Notes under the pieces: model-generated
The model's database searches: none
What the model was told of the DNA's origin: nothing
The model's input: the letters and a program-made list of their open reading frames with translations, nothing else
Shown: in pieces, positions 49,403 to 59,593 of the stretch
Layout: every line of letters begins with the position of its first letter
Position numbering within the stretch: position 1 is the stretch's first letter
Translations under genes and position numbers: made by a program
Assembly (NCBI GenBank): GCA_964291315.2
Contig: OZ219753.1
Coordinates: 1,472,001-1,536,000 of the forward strand
Direction: 5' to 3'
Length of the DNA: 64,000 nt
Source: Candidatus Poribacteria bacterium
GTDB lineage: Bacteria; Poribacteria; WGA-4E; WGA-3G

Positions 49403-49455
49403 GGAAGGATGGAAGGCAGAAAACAGTGAGGCATCTACAATTCTTCCATCCTTCC
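49403..49455. repeat. Perfect 13-bp inverted repeat (hairpin)
   Basis: GGAAGGATGGAAG-N27-CTTCCATCCTTCC between the Gfo gene and copA. Confidence 0.75.
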
Positions 49456-49479
49456 ACGTTTTGATAAGACTCTTTACTG

Positions 49480-50448
49480 CTATATGAGGTGCACAGGTAA
49501 CCCTGTTTCAAGAGATTCGTTGGCGGCGATGGATAAAATAGCGGTTTTAGCAGCGTCCGAGTAGGGCGAACGGATCGCGCTGCCATCCCCTGTACGAACT
49601 GCCTCAATGAAGGTGCTATCCATGTCAATCGTGCAATTATTTTCTGGCTTCCAAGTAGTTGTTCCGTCGGCGGTAGAGAGCACGAGGGCGTTGCGGAGGT
49701 GGTACTCCAGCGAACCGTCTTCGCAAAAGATGTCTAGCCCGGAGCGCCGCATTCCATTTTTTGTGAAGCAGGCGGAGAACATAACACCGAAAACACCGCT
49801 CTCAAATTGTAAAGAGACCGCTGATGCTTCTTCGATATCGTAGTCGGTGTCCGGAATCAGATCGTAACGGGCGACGGCATAGAGAGACTTAACTTCCCCG
49901 AAAAGGTAGCGCGCCATATCGAATTCGTGTGTGGTCTGCTCCATGAGTTGTCCGCCCGACTTTGCTTTTTCACGCCACCAGCCGCCGGGCATCCCGCCCA
50001 TCCAGTAGCCCATGAAGAATCCGACACGACGCGACGCTAGAAGCTCGCGCGCTCTGTCTATAATATCAAGGTAACGTTCCTGATATCCGGCAGCGGTGAT
50101 AATCCCTCTTTCTTCAATTTGCGCCGCAATATCCTTAGCTTCATCGGGGTCCATGTGTACCGGTTTTTCAACAAACATGGGTAAGCCAGCATCTATAACG
50201 GCACGTTCAGGAGCTCCGTGGGCAAACGGGGGGATTGAAATGTAAACGGCATCTAATTCCTCGCGCGCAAGCATCTGGTTATAGTCTGCATAGGCCTTAC
50301 CGCCATATTTGGTTACGGCCTGTTCAGCCTTTTCAAGCACAATATCACAAAAAGCGACAAATTGTGAGCCACCAATTTCGGTTAATTCGCGTAGGTGGCG
50401 ATTCATGTTACCACCAGTGCCGATAAAACCTAACCTAACGTTTGACAT
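49480..50448 (-). CDS. Gfo/Idh/MocA family oxidoreductase
   Basis: RLGFIGTGG, DAVYISIPPFAH, FVEKP, SGGQLMEQTTHEFD. Confidence 0.92.
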   Translation of the reverse strand: MSNVRLGFIGTGGNMNRHLRELTEIGGSQFVAFCDIVLEKAEQAVTKYGGKAYADYNQMLAREELDAVYISIPPFAHGAPERAVIDAGLPMFVEKPVHMDPDEAKDIAAQIEERGIITAAGYQERYLDIIDRARELLASRRVGFFMGYWMGGMPGGWWREKAKSGGQLMEQTTHEFDMARYLFGEVKSLYAVARYDLIPDTDYDIEEASAVSLQFESGVFGVMFSACFTKNGMRRSGLDIFCEDGSLEYHLRNALVLSTADGTTTWKPENNCTIDMDSTFIEAVRTGDGSAIRSPYSDAAKTAILSIAANESLETGLPVHLI

Positions 50449-50471
50449 CTTTTTATCCTTTAACTCGATAT

Positions 50472-50612
50472 GCTTTCAGCAGTCAGAGAAACGGTTGTCA
50501 GCACACCCGCTGTGTAGGTTTTCAGTAAATTCGCGCAATACACAATCGTTACAAGAATTGACCCACAACCGAAAGCAAGGGCAATGTATTGATAACTGAC
50601 AGCTATTAAGCC
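50472..50612. repeat. Degenerate heptamer-based inverted-repeat intergenic element
   Basis: GCTTTCAGCAGTCAGAGAAACGGTTGTCAGC ... ACAACCGAAAGC ... GATAACTGACAGC. Confidence 0.5.
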
Positions 50613-50613
50613 G

Positions 50614-52050
50614 TTAAAAAACAGAGTTTTGTGCTGGAGTCAGCATGAGCGAGGGTAGAATACCGATGAGTAAGACCCCCGCCGCTGCGATGATTAATCC
50701 TATAACTAAGGTTGAGGCATACGGGCTGAACTCCAGCTCCGATTCAGGTTCGCGCATATACATTGTGACAACGACGCGTAGGTAGTAGAACGCCGAGATA
50801 GCGGTGTTAATCGCCCCAACAATAACCAGCCATATATGTCCCGCTTGGACTGCTGATTTGAAAATGTAGAATTTTCCGATAAAGCCTGCAGTCGGTGGGA
50901 ATCCTGCAAGTGATAAGAGCATGAGTGTCATAAACATAGCCAGTAACGGTTTGCGCATCCCGAGTCCGGCGTAATCCGAAATCATGAGACACTCGCCATC
51001 AGCAGTTTTTGCCAAGATAATCGCGCCGAATGCCCCGATATTCATTATGCAGTAGATGAGAAGATAGAGCATCGTACTGGAAATGCCATTCTCATTTGCT
51101 GCTGCTAAGCCTATTAGGATGTAGCCAGCGTGCGCTATACTCGAATACGCAAGCATCCGTTTGATATTTGTCTGCGCAATTGCAACGATATTTCCAAACG
51201 TCATTGTCAACATCGCCAGCAGAATGACAACCCCGCTCCATTCGACTTGCAGATTTGGTAACGCTTCCATGAAGATTCTGAGGAACGCCGCAAATCCGGC
51301 TGCCTTTGGTCCTGCGGAAATAAACGCAGCTATCGTTGTCGGTGCTCCTTCGTAAACGTCGGGTGCCGATTGATGAAACGGAACGATCGCAACCTTAAAT
51401 CCGAATCCAACGATAAGCAGGAACATACCTGCTAACAACATTGGTGATTTATTCGGGGCTGCAATTGCCTCCGCAATCATAGGCACGCTCGTTGTTCCAG
51501 TCCCGCCGTAGATCATGGCGATTCCGTAGAGGAAAAACGCGCTTGCAAAAGCGCCAAGCAGTAGGTATTTCATCCCCGCCTCGCTTGAGGCCGGGCTCTC
51601 TCGAAAATAGCCCGCCAAGACATAGAGCGATAACGACATCAATTCCAAGCCGAGGAAAACGATAATCAACTCGTTTCCGGCAGCCATCAGCATCATTCCG
51701 AGAGTCGCAAGCAGAATAAGTAGGTAATAGGGGCCCGCCTTTCTATTTTGACTCTGGAGATAGCTGATTGAGATCAGTGCGACTAAAATCGTTGAGACTA
51801 GGAAGATGATGTTAAAAAAGAGCGAAAAATTATCTACCTTGAACATTTCGTTGAATTGGTTACCAACTGTGCCTGCTTGATGCATGTTAATCGTAACCCA
51901 TAGGGCTATTGCAGCACCAACGATTGTCATCCAGCCTAGTAGCTGTTTGGAAATGGAGTCAAACAGATCAAAGACAAGGACGATAAGCAACGTTGAGGCG
52001 ATAACCAGCTCCGGCATCAGCAATTGCCAATTGATCACTATTGTCGTCAT
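50614..52050 (-). CDS. nuoN: NADH-quinone oxidoreductase subunit N
   Basis: LGLELMSL, EAGMKY, FKVAIVPFH..PDVYEGAP, KRMLAYSSIAHAGY, SLAGFPPTAGFIGKF. Confidence 0.95.
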   Translation of the reverse strand: MTTIVINWQLLMPELVIASTLLIVLVFDLFDSISKQLLGWMTIVGAAIALWVTINMHQAGTVGNQFNEMFKVDNFSLFFNIIFLVSTILVALISISYLQSQNRKAGPYYLLILLATLGMMLMAAGNELIIVFLGLELMSLSLYVLAGYFRESPASSEAGMKYLLLGAFASAFFLYGIAMIYGGTGTTSVPMIAEAIAAPNKSPMLLAGMFLLIVGFGFKVAIVPFHQSAPDVYEGAPTTIAAFISAGPKAAGFAAFLRIFMEALPNLQVEWSGVVILLAMLTMTFGNIVAIAQTNIKRMLAYSSIAHAGYILIGLAAANENGISSTMLYLLIYCIMNIGAFGAIILAKTADGECLMISDYAGLGMRKPLLAMFMTLMLLSLAGFPPTAGFIGKFYIFKSAVQAGHIWLVIVGAINTAISAFYYLRVVVTMYMREPESELEFSPYASTLVIGLIIAAAGVLLIGILPSLMLTPAQNSVF

Positions 52051-52157
52051 TCAAAATCTCCTTTTGCTTGGCTATCGGTTATCTGCTATCCGTAAAGAGC
52101 AATCCGGAAGTAGTGAAGTTGTCCACCACTGTCACACACACCGAACGCCGACTGCCG

Positions 52158-53642
52158 TTATAGGAATACAAGCGTCACAATCACAAAAAGCGGGACTAAA
52201 ATTCCGGTCGACCAGATCATATATCCGAAGAAACTCGGCATGCGGATGCCGCTCTGCTCTGCAATCGCTTTTACCATGAAATTTGGCGCATTGCCGATAT
52301 AGGTATTCGCGCCCATAAAAACAGCACCTACAGAAATTGCTGTTAGCAATCTAACGAACTCTAAATGCTCAGGGGCTGTCAGCTGTCCGGATAAGATTTC
52401 TGGTACCAGGGCTTCAGTGAGATACAGTTTCCCAAGTGCTGTGTTAAAGAACGTCAAATAGGTGGGGGCGTTGTCCAAGAAGCTCGACAAAACGCCGGTC
52501 ACCCAAAAGTAGTGTATCGGTTCTTTAATAGCTGCAATCAACCAACTTAAGACCCCCTCTTCGCCGGCTTTTAAGATCGCTAATGCTGGAATAATTGTGA
52601 TAAAAATACCAGCAAACACCTTTGCCACCTCTTCAATTGGTTCCCACGAAAATTCGTTTGCTTGGCGCAATTTACCGCTAAACGGGGTAAATTTGAGGGA
52701 CAAGAGTCCCATGCAGACGATCAACACATCGCGGGCAATATTTTGCCAATATACATGCACACCGAGGATGTTGACATCACCCAACTTCAGCGTTCCGCTC
52801 ATCAAAACCGCCGCCACGATACCGAGCAGGAAAATTAGGTTGAAGAGTCCGTCTACCCGAAGCGGTTCGCTAGTGCCATCATCCGGCACTACGCCGCCTT
52901 CCCGTTTAAACATGATCGTGTCTACCACAAAAAATAGCGCAATTAAAATGATGCTAATAAATAGCATGTGTGGGAAGAGAGCCGTTGTCGTCCAGAAGAA
53001 AGGTACGCCATGCAGGAATCCCAAAAATAGCGGGGGGTCGCCCAACGGTGTTAAAGAACCTCCGATGTTGCTAACTAAAAAAATGAAAAACACAATCAGG
53101 TGGACTTTGCTTTTTCTATACGCATTTGCTCGAATTAGTGGGCGGATGAGGAGCATAGAGGCCCCAGTCGTTCCAACCCACGAGGCGATAGCCGTACCGA
53201 TCAGCAATAGAAATGTGTTAACGATCGGAGTGCCGCGCAAGGTGCCACGTACAAGAATTCCGCCCGCAACTGTGAACAATCCCCACAACAGAATGATGAA
53301 CGGAATGTAGTCTATTAAGTAGATGTGCAGGATATCGTAGAAAGCATCCCCACGGAAAGCAATGAGATACGGGATCGCGAAAATTAGCGCCCATACCAAC
53401 GACATCTTGCCACCGTGATGAATAAGAAAGTGGGAATCTAACACAAGCGGTAAGATCGCAATTGAGAGTAAGATCCCGACAAAAGGAATAATGCTCCAGA
53501 GAGGCAATTTCGAACCGTCTACCCCTCCGTGGTGTGCCCCGTCACCGTGAGCATCATCTGCACCGAACGCCTCTATTGAAACCGATAGCGCGAGTCCGAC
53601 AATTATACAAAAAATAAAACAGTATGTGAGTTTAAGTTTCAC
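52158..53642 (-). CDS. IT-superfamily secondary transporter (putative Na+/H+ antiporter, CitMHS_2-like)
   Basis: GTTGASMLLIRP, SNIGGSLTPLGDPPLFLGF, LSSFLDNAPTY, GANTYIGNAPNFMVK; GTG start immediately after the nuoM stop. Confidence 0.85.
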   Translation of the reverse strand: MKLKLTYCFIFCIIVGLALSVSIEAFGADDAHGDGAHHGGVDGSKLPLWSIIPFVGILLSIAILPLVLDSHFLIHHGGKMSLVWALIFAIPYLIAFRGDAFYDILHIYLIDYIPFIILLWGLFTVAGGILVRGTLRGTPIVNTFLLLIGTAIASWVGTTGASMLLIRPLIRANAYRKSKVHLIVFFIFLVSNIGGSLTPLGDPPLFLGFLHGVPFFWTTTALFPHMLFISIILIALFFVVDTIMFKREGGVVPDDGTSEPLRVDGLFNLIFLLGIVAAVLMSGTLKLGDVNILGVHVYWQNIARDVLIVCMGLLSLKFTPFSGKLRQANEFSWEPIEEVAKVFAGIFITIIPALAILKAGEEGVLSWLIAAIKEPIHYFWVTGVLSSFLDNAPTYLTFFNTALGKLYLTEALVPEILSGQLTAPEHLEFVRLLTAISVGAVFMGANTYIGNAPNFMVKAIAEQSGIRMPSFFGYMIWSTGILVPLFVIVTLVFL

Positions 53643-55208
53643 TTATTTCGTTTGTACCTCCTTTTCTATTTTTTCATGTTGTGTGGGCTGCGGTCCTTGT
53701 AATGCAAGCTGACTGTTTGATGGTTTCGGTTTTTCCAGATGCCCGGTAGCCGGCGCTGTCTGCACCTGTATCACAACAGAGCTTACTGATTTCTCTATCT
53801 TGCTGAGAAAGGGCTTTGGATAAACGCCAATCCAGACGATGAACACCAGGAGAGGCAGCATCACCACGATTTCGCGAGCGTTCAAGTCCGGTAATTTCGC
53901 GTTCGTCTTATCCAACGTTCCGAACATCACCCGTTGGAACATCCACAGCATGTACACGGCTGCTAGAATGACACCGGCAGTTGCGAAAACTACGTGTGTT
54001 TTAGAGAACGCTCCCTCAACGAAACTCCCCAGCAGTATCATATATTCCCCGACGAACCCATTCAACCCCGGGAGACCGATGGACGACAACGTCACAACTG
54101 CAAAAATTACAGCGAACACCGGCATCTGTTTTGACAAGCCGCCGAAGTCGACAATCATTCTGCTGTGCCGCCGTTCGTAAATCATTCCGACCAAGAGGAA
54201 TAACGCTCCTGTGCTGAGTCCGTGGTTAATCATTTGCAGCACGCTACCCTGAATACCGGCCGGGTGTCTCGAAAAGAGTCCCAACACGACAAAACCGAGG
54301 TGGCTGACGCTCGAGTAAGCAACAAGTTTCTTGAGGTCTGGCTGCACCATAGCAACCAACGCGCCATAAATAATACCGATGACCGCAAGTGTAACTATGA
54401 GCGGGGTGAACTTCGCTGCTGCCTCTGGAAAGAGAGGCAAGCAAAATCGGATAATGCCGTAAGTCCCCATTTTTAGCAGCACCCCGGCAAGAATCACGCT
54501 CCCCGCGGTAGGAGCTTCAACGTGTGCATCTGGCAGCCATGTGTGGAATGGGAAAAGCGGTACTTTAATGGCAAACGCAATAAAAAACGCGAGAAATAAC
54601 AGATCCGAATGCCTAAATGGACCGCTTAACGTCGTCACATCGAAGCTACCGTTGTTCTGAAAGTAGAGTGCTAGGATACCCACAAGCATCAACGCACTGC
54701 CAGCCATCGTATAAAGAATGAACTTTACCGTGGCATAAATCCGTCGTTCCCCGCCCCAAATACCGATAAGGAAGTACATCGGGATCAGCATAGACTCCCA
54801 AAACACAAAAAAGAGGAACAGGTCTAATGCACAAAAAACCCCGAGCATCCCGGTTTCAAGCGCGAGAAGCGACATCATAAATCCGCTCAAGCCTTTATCA
54901 ACGGAATTCCATGCGGCGAGAATACACACCGGTGTCAGGAACGTTGTCAGTAACACCAACCACAGCGAAATACCGTCAATACCGATGTGGTAACTGATAC
55001 CTAAGCTCGGAATCCACACTTGTTGGGTAATGCTTTGGAACTTTGCCGTTGTTGCGTCGAATCCTGTATAGAGCCCTAACGAGATAACGAACGTCAATAT
55101 CCCGATAACAAGCGCGATACCTTTGATAGCAGATGCCCCTAGTCCTCTGAGCAAGGCAATCGCTATCACACCGAGCAGTGGTAAAAAAATGACTATTGAA
55201 AGTAACAA
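53643..55208 (-). CDS. nuoM: NADH-quinone oxidoreductase subunit M
   Basis: GIDGISL, FWESMLIP, PFHTWLPDAHVEAP, LLKMGTYG, NGFVGE. Confidence 0.96.
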   Translation of the reverse strand: MLLSIVIFLPLLGVIAIALLRGLGASAIKGIALVIGILTFVISLGLYTGFDATTAKFQSITQQVWIPSLGISYHIGIDGISLWLVLLTTFLTPVCILAAWNSVDKGLSGFMMSLLALETGMLGVFCALDLFLFFVFWESMLIPMYFLIGIWGGERRIYATVKFILYTMAGSALMLVGILALYFQNNGSFDVTTLSGPFRHSDLLFLAFFIAFAIKVPLFPFHTWLPDAHVEAPTAGSVILAGVLLKMGTYGIIRFCLPLFPEAAAKFTPLIVTLAVIGIIYGALVAMVQPDLKKLVAYSSVSHLGFVVLGLFSRHPAGIQGSVLQMINHGLSTGALFLLVGMIYERRHSRMIVDFGGLSKQMPVFAVIFAVVTLSSIGLPGLNGFVGEYMILLGSFVEGAFSKTHVVFATAGVILAAVYMLWMFQRVMFGTLDKTNAKLPDLNAREIVVMLPLLVFIVWIGVYPKPFLSKIEKSVSSVVIQVQTAPATGHLEKPKPSNSQLALQGPQPTQHEKIEKEVQTK

Positions 55209-55356
55209 AAAAACCTCCTTTAGGCTGACTTAATTATCATATCATGGACGGTAGCGAAAGTTAATCAAGGTTTGGAACAATCAAGATTGACAGTAGCTCC
55301 GCGTCAGATAGTGTTCCTCAAAACCGCACTCTGTCGCAATATAGGTGCTGGGTAAT

Positions 55357-57246
55357 TTAACCGAAAAACAGATAGTATGCCAAGAATAGCACAATTCCTA
55401 AAACCATTGAAACAATGTACGCTTGGACGACTCCGGTCTGGAGCCGTCTTAACATTCCAGCGATGATCTGAATAAGTAGAGCCACGCCGTTGATAATTCC
55501 ATCAATAACCCCGTTGTCTACAACCCGCCACAAGAGGTAGTGAGAACCATTTTTGATGGGTTGCACAATCAGCACTGTGTAAATTTCATCGATATAGTAC
55601 TTGTTCACGAGGAGTTTGTGTATCGCGTTCGTAGGTTTCCAGGAGGGGACCCGATTCCGGTAACGCATCCAGGCGAACGCTATGCCCATCAAACCCACGG
55701 CGGATGAGATTAACATAAACACGATCACATTGCCCGAGGCCTCGTGGTGTGCCTCTGGGAAAACGTCCTTCGTAAAATGGTGGAACCAGCTGTCGTGTCC
55801 ACCCCAACCTAATATTAAGCCTATCAGAGCGGACGGGATCGCGAGGATTGCCAACGGTACCCACATCACCGGCGGGGATTCGTGTACATGCGAAGCAGCC
55901 TCGGAGTTAACTCGGGACTCCCCGTAGAACGTCACGAAGATCAAACGGAACATGTAAAACGCTGTCAGGAATGCTGTGACCAACCCAATAATATAGAGGA
56001 GCGGTGAGCTGCCCCATGCACTGTGTAAGATTTCATCTTTGCTCCAGAAGCCGCTTAAAAATGGAAATCCTGCGATAGCGAGCGCACCGATTAAGAACGT
56101 CCAGTGCGTTATCGGCATCTTCGTTTTCAAACCGCCCATCCGCCGCATATCTAGTTCATTTGCCATCGCATGCATCACGCTGCCGGCGGTGAGGAACATG
56201 AGTCCTTTGAAAAATGCATGTGTTACCAAATGAAAAACTCCAGAGGCATAGGCACCTACCCCCACCCCAACGAACATATAGCCCAATTGGCTTACCGTGG
56301 AGTAAGCGAGAATGCGTTTAATGTCGTTTTGTGTCAATGCTATCGTTGCTGCGAAGAAAGCTGTCAAGACACCGATCCATGCCACAATTTCACCAGTATG
56401 TGCCAAGTTGTAAAGCACAGCCGAGCGAGCTATCATATATACGCCTGCTGTTACCATTGTCGCTGCGTGGATGAGGGCACTAACGGGCGTGGGCCCCTCC
56501 ATCGCGTCCGGGAGCCACACATAAAGCGGGATCTGCGCCGATTTACCTATCGCGCCGACGAAGAGCAGCAGAGTCGCCACCACAAGGGTACTGCCGCCGA
56601 AAACTTTCTCAAAGTTATTCGTCTCAGCGGCATCAAATATTGACGAGAAATCGAGGGTGCCGAAAGCCGCAAACAGCGTAAAAATTCCGAGCAAGAAACC
56701 GAAGTCACCAATCCTGTTCACAATAAACGCTTTTTTTCCAGCATCCGTCGCAGACTTCTTCTCATACCAGAACCCAATCAGTAGGTAAGAACACAGCCCA
56801 ACGCCTTCCCAACCGACAAACATCATCAGATAGTTGTTGCCGAGAACAAGGATTAGCATAGCGAACACAAATAGATTGAGATATGCAAAATAGCGAGTAT
56901 ACCCGGCATCGCCGTGCATGTAACCGATCGAGTAGACATGGATCAGGAACCCGACACCTGTGATTACCAACAGCATTACCGTTGTCAGCGCGTCTACTTT
57001 GAAGCCGATGTTAAACGCGAACGACTCGCCGGTAATCCATTCATACACCGTTTCATCAAGCGCGGTAGCGCCGCTCTGGAGACTTGTAAAAGCGATAATT
57101 GAACAGATTAAGGAGATAAGTACCGCTAAGGAGCCGATCCACCCGCTCAGCTTCTCATTCCCTTTGAGCCATTTTCCAAGCAATCCGTTAATCAGAAATC
57201 CAACAAGCGGAGCCAGTAACAGGACAACGATTAATTCAAGTGACAT
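55357..57246 (-). CDS. nuoL: NADH-quinone oxidoreductase subunit L
   Basis: GWEGVGLCSY, NRIGDFG, KSAQIPLYVWLPDAMEGPTP, FWSKDEI. Confidence 0.96.
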   Translation of the reverse strand: MSLELIVVLLLAPLVGFLINGLLGKWLKGNEKLSGWIGSLAVLISLICSIIAFTSLQSGATALDETVYEWITGESFAFNIGFKVDALTTVMLLVITGVGFLIHVYSIGYMHGDAGYTRYFAYLNLFVFAMLILVLGNNYLMMFVGWEGVGLCSYLLIGFWYEKKSATDAGKKAFIVNRIGDFGFLLGIFTLFAAFGTLDFSSIFDAAETNNFEKVFGGSTLVVATLLLFVGAIGKSAQIPLYVWLPDAMEGPTPVSALIHAATMVTAGVYMIARSAVLYNLAHTGEIVAWIGVLTAFFAATIALTQNDIKRILAYSTVSQLGYMFVGVGVGAYASGVFHLVTHAFFKGLMFLTAGSVMHAMANELDMRRMGGLKTKMPITHWTFLIGALAIAGFPFLSGFWSKDEILHSAWGSSPLLYIIGLVTAFLTAFYMFRLIFVTFYGESRVNSEAASHVHESPPVMWVPLAILAIPSALIGLILGWGGHDSWFHHFTKDVFPEAHHEASGNVIVFMLISSAVGLMGIAFAWMRYRNRVPSWKPTNAIHKLLVNKYYIDEIYTVLIVQPIKNGSHYLLWRVVDNGVIDGIINGVALLIQIIAGMLRRLQTGVVQAYIVSMVLGIVLFLAYYLFFG

Positions 57247-57358
57247 TTTTTATCCTTGTTCATAAGAGTATTAGATTATACTGCTTTGAGTATCCCAACT
57301 GTGTTAAAGATGTGAAAACCTGTCGGTGATTCTCTGGGCAGCGGTTCAAACCCGTTCT

Positions 57359-57658
57359 TCAACCTTTCAACGAATTAACTTCATCCACGTTAATCGTTTC
57401 ACGATGTTTGAAAACACTAACAATAATTGCGAGTCCAATTGCCACTTCTGCCGCAGCAACCGTCATCACAAAAAAGACAAATACTTGTCCAGTTGCCTCG
57501 CCAAGGCTACGGCTGATTGCAACAAAAGCAAGATTCGCTGCGTTCAACATCAGTTCAATACACATAAAGATGATAATCGCGTTCCTCCGGACGAGAACAC
57601 CAATTACACCTATCGTAAACAGAAGCACACTTAAAATGAGATAATATTCTAATTCCAT
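57359..57658 (-). CDS. nuoK: NADH-quinone oxidoreductase subunit K
   Basis: [28 protein letters not shown]. Confidence 0.96.
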   Translation of the reverse strand: MELEYYLILSVLLFTIGVIGVLVRRNAIIIFMCIELMLNAANLAFVAISRSLGEATGQVFVFFVMTVAAAEVAIGLAIIVSVFKHRETINVDEVNSLKG

Positions 57659-57833
57659 GTTTTTCTCTTTTATGTTTATCTGATCGTTGGCTCTGTTGTC
57701 AGCAACGATCTAGAGGGGGTTAAAGACCTCCTCCAAAGTTTGACAGAATTTCTTACTGATTCTGCATAGCAAAGTATGTGATAGATAGCTTACCCAAAAA
57801 CCGGCACACTACGAAGTAAAACATCGATCAAAT

Positions 57834-58355
57834 CTAATCGTTAGCAGAACGTTTTACTAAGACAATAACCCCAATCAATGCCGCCAATAGAATGAACGAA
57901 GTAACCTCGAAGGGTAAGAGATACTTACTGAATAGGAGTTCACCGATATCATAGGTCGTTGTGTTGAGTGATTTTGTTACCGGTTGCGCAGTAGCGATTG
58001 CAGTATTATTGAGAACATTTGTAGCGGTATAGATACCCTCAATGCCGAGGAGGATCCCTAAAATTATGGCGAAGCCCTTCAGTTTTCCACTTATAGCTCC
58101 TTTCACTGAAAGCGTTCCGAGGTTCAAAAGCATAATCACAAAGAGGAACAGCACCATAATAGCGCCGGCATAGACGATCACCTGCACAGCTGCAACGAAG
58201 GGGGCACCTAACAGTAGAAAGAGACCTGCTTGTGCAAAAAAGGTCACAACGAGCGAGAGTGCGCTATAAATCGGATGTCGAAAGGAGATGACAGCAATTG
58301 CCCCAATCAGCGAAACCGCTCCAAAAAAAACAAATAGAATCTGTTCTGCATTCAT
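57834..58355 (-). CDS. nuoJ: NADH-quinone oxidoreductase subunit J
   Basis: QVIVYAGAIMVLFLFVIMLL, YLLPFEVTS. Confidence 0.95.
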   Translation of the reverse strand: MNAEQILFVFFGAVSLIGAIAVISFRHPIYSALSLVVTFFAQAGLFLLLGAPFVAAVQVIVYAGAIMVLFLFVIMLLNLGTLSVKGAISGKLKGFAIILGILLGIEGIYTATNVLNNTAIATAQPVTKSLNTTTYDIGELLFSKYLLPFEVTSFILLAALIGVIVLVKRSAND

Positions 58356-58366
58356 TCGTACGTCTC

Positions 58367-59551
58367 CTATTCCGTTGGGTCGAGAGCAGCCGGTGTAAGC
58401 CGGTTGTCACTATCTTGTGTTGGTTTTGGCGAATCTATCATCAGTACTCCTGCTATGATAGCTACAACGATGAACCCTGCAACCGCATTGCCAATGCCTA
58501 TTGCGAGCCGAGAATTCGTGATTATCCATAGCACCCCCGTTACAACGATGGAGGTTAGCGAAACGGGCAATAGAAATTTCCAACCGAAGTTCATGAGTTG
58601 ATCATAGCGGAATCGAGGCAGCGTCCAGCGCACCCAGATGAACCCGAATAGGAAAATTGCTGTTTTGACAAAGAAGATACCGAATGAGATAATTCCGCTC
58701 CACACTGGTCCCCCTATATTTTCTAAGCCGAAGAAGTGCCATCCGCCGAGGAAAATCGTCACTGTTACAGCGGAGCCTACAATCATGTTCATATATTCTG
58801 CCATGAAAAACATCGCAAACTTCATGCTACTGTATTCAGTGTGATACCCCGCTACCAGCTCTTGCTCGGCTTCCGCCAGGTCAAACGGCAGTCGGTTTGT
58901 CTCTGCAAACATCGCCGTGGTAAACGCTAAGAACGCCGGGAAGTGAATCAGGAAATTCCAATGCCATGGATATGCCCCTTGTGCTTCCGCGATCTCTCGA
59001 AGGCGAAGTGAACTAGTCAGCATGAGCACCCCGATAATTGCGAGACCGAGCGTCAGCTCGTAACTAATCATTTGTGCGGAGGAACGTAGACCGCCCAAAA
59101 GCGAATATTTGTTATTAGATGCCCAAGCACCGAGTACAACGCCATAGACACCGAGTGACGTTATCGCTAATATATAAAGGATCCCGATATTAATATCGGC
59201 AATGTGAAGCGGGATTTCATGCCCGAAAACTGTGATGGCACTGCCAAAGGGCACAACTGCTATTGTAACCATTGCCGGTATTAACAGCATCGCCGGCGCA
59301 ATCACATAGAGCGGCTTATCCACATGGTCGGGGATGAGATCTTCTTTAAAAAGGAATTTGATCCCGTCAGCGATCGGTTGTAGGAAGCCTTGGAAGCCGA
59401 CTCGATTCGGTCCAAGCCGATCCTGCATCCATCCGCTCACTCTGCGTTCCGACCAAATCATCGCCATCACACCGATAATTAGTAAGTGAGCAATGATGAG
59501 TATTTTGACGATTGAACTGAGAATAAAAACGAGAAGTTGCGAATTTTCCAT
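58367..59551 (-). CDS. nuoH: NADH-quinone oxidoreductase subunit H
   Basis: QDRLGPNRVG, ADGIKFLFKED, AETNRLPFDLAEAEQELV, PRFRYDQLM. Confidence 0.96.
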   Translation of the reverse strand: MENSQLLVFILSSIVKILIIAHLLIIGVMAMIWSERRVSGWMQDRLGPNRVGFQGFLQPIADGIKFLFKEDLIPDHVDKPLYVIAPAMLLIPAMVTIAVVPFGSAITVFGHEIPLHIADINIGILYILAITSLGVYGVVLGAWASNNKYSLLGGLRSSAQMISYELTLGLAIIGVLMLTSSLRLREIAEAQGAYPWHWNFLIHFPAFLAFTTAMFAETNRLPFDLAEAEQELVAGYHTEYSSMKFAMFFMAEYMNMIVGSAVTVTIFLGGWHFFGLENIGGPVWSGIISFGIFFVKTAIFLFGFIWVRWTLPRFRYDQLMNFGWKFLLPVSLTSIVVTGVLWIITNSRLAIGIGNAVAGFIVVAIIAGVLMIDSPKPTQDSDNRLTPAALDPTE

Positions 59552-59593
59552 AGTTTCTCCTTCTTGACGGTTCTCAGAATTAAAGTTACAGAC

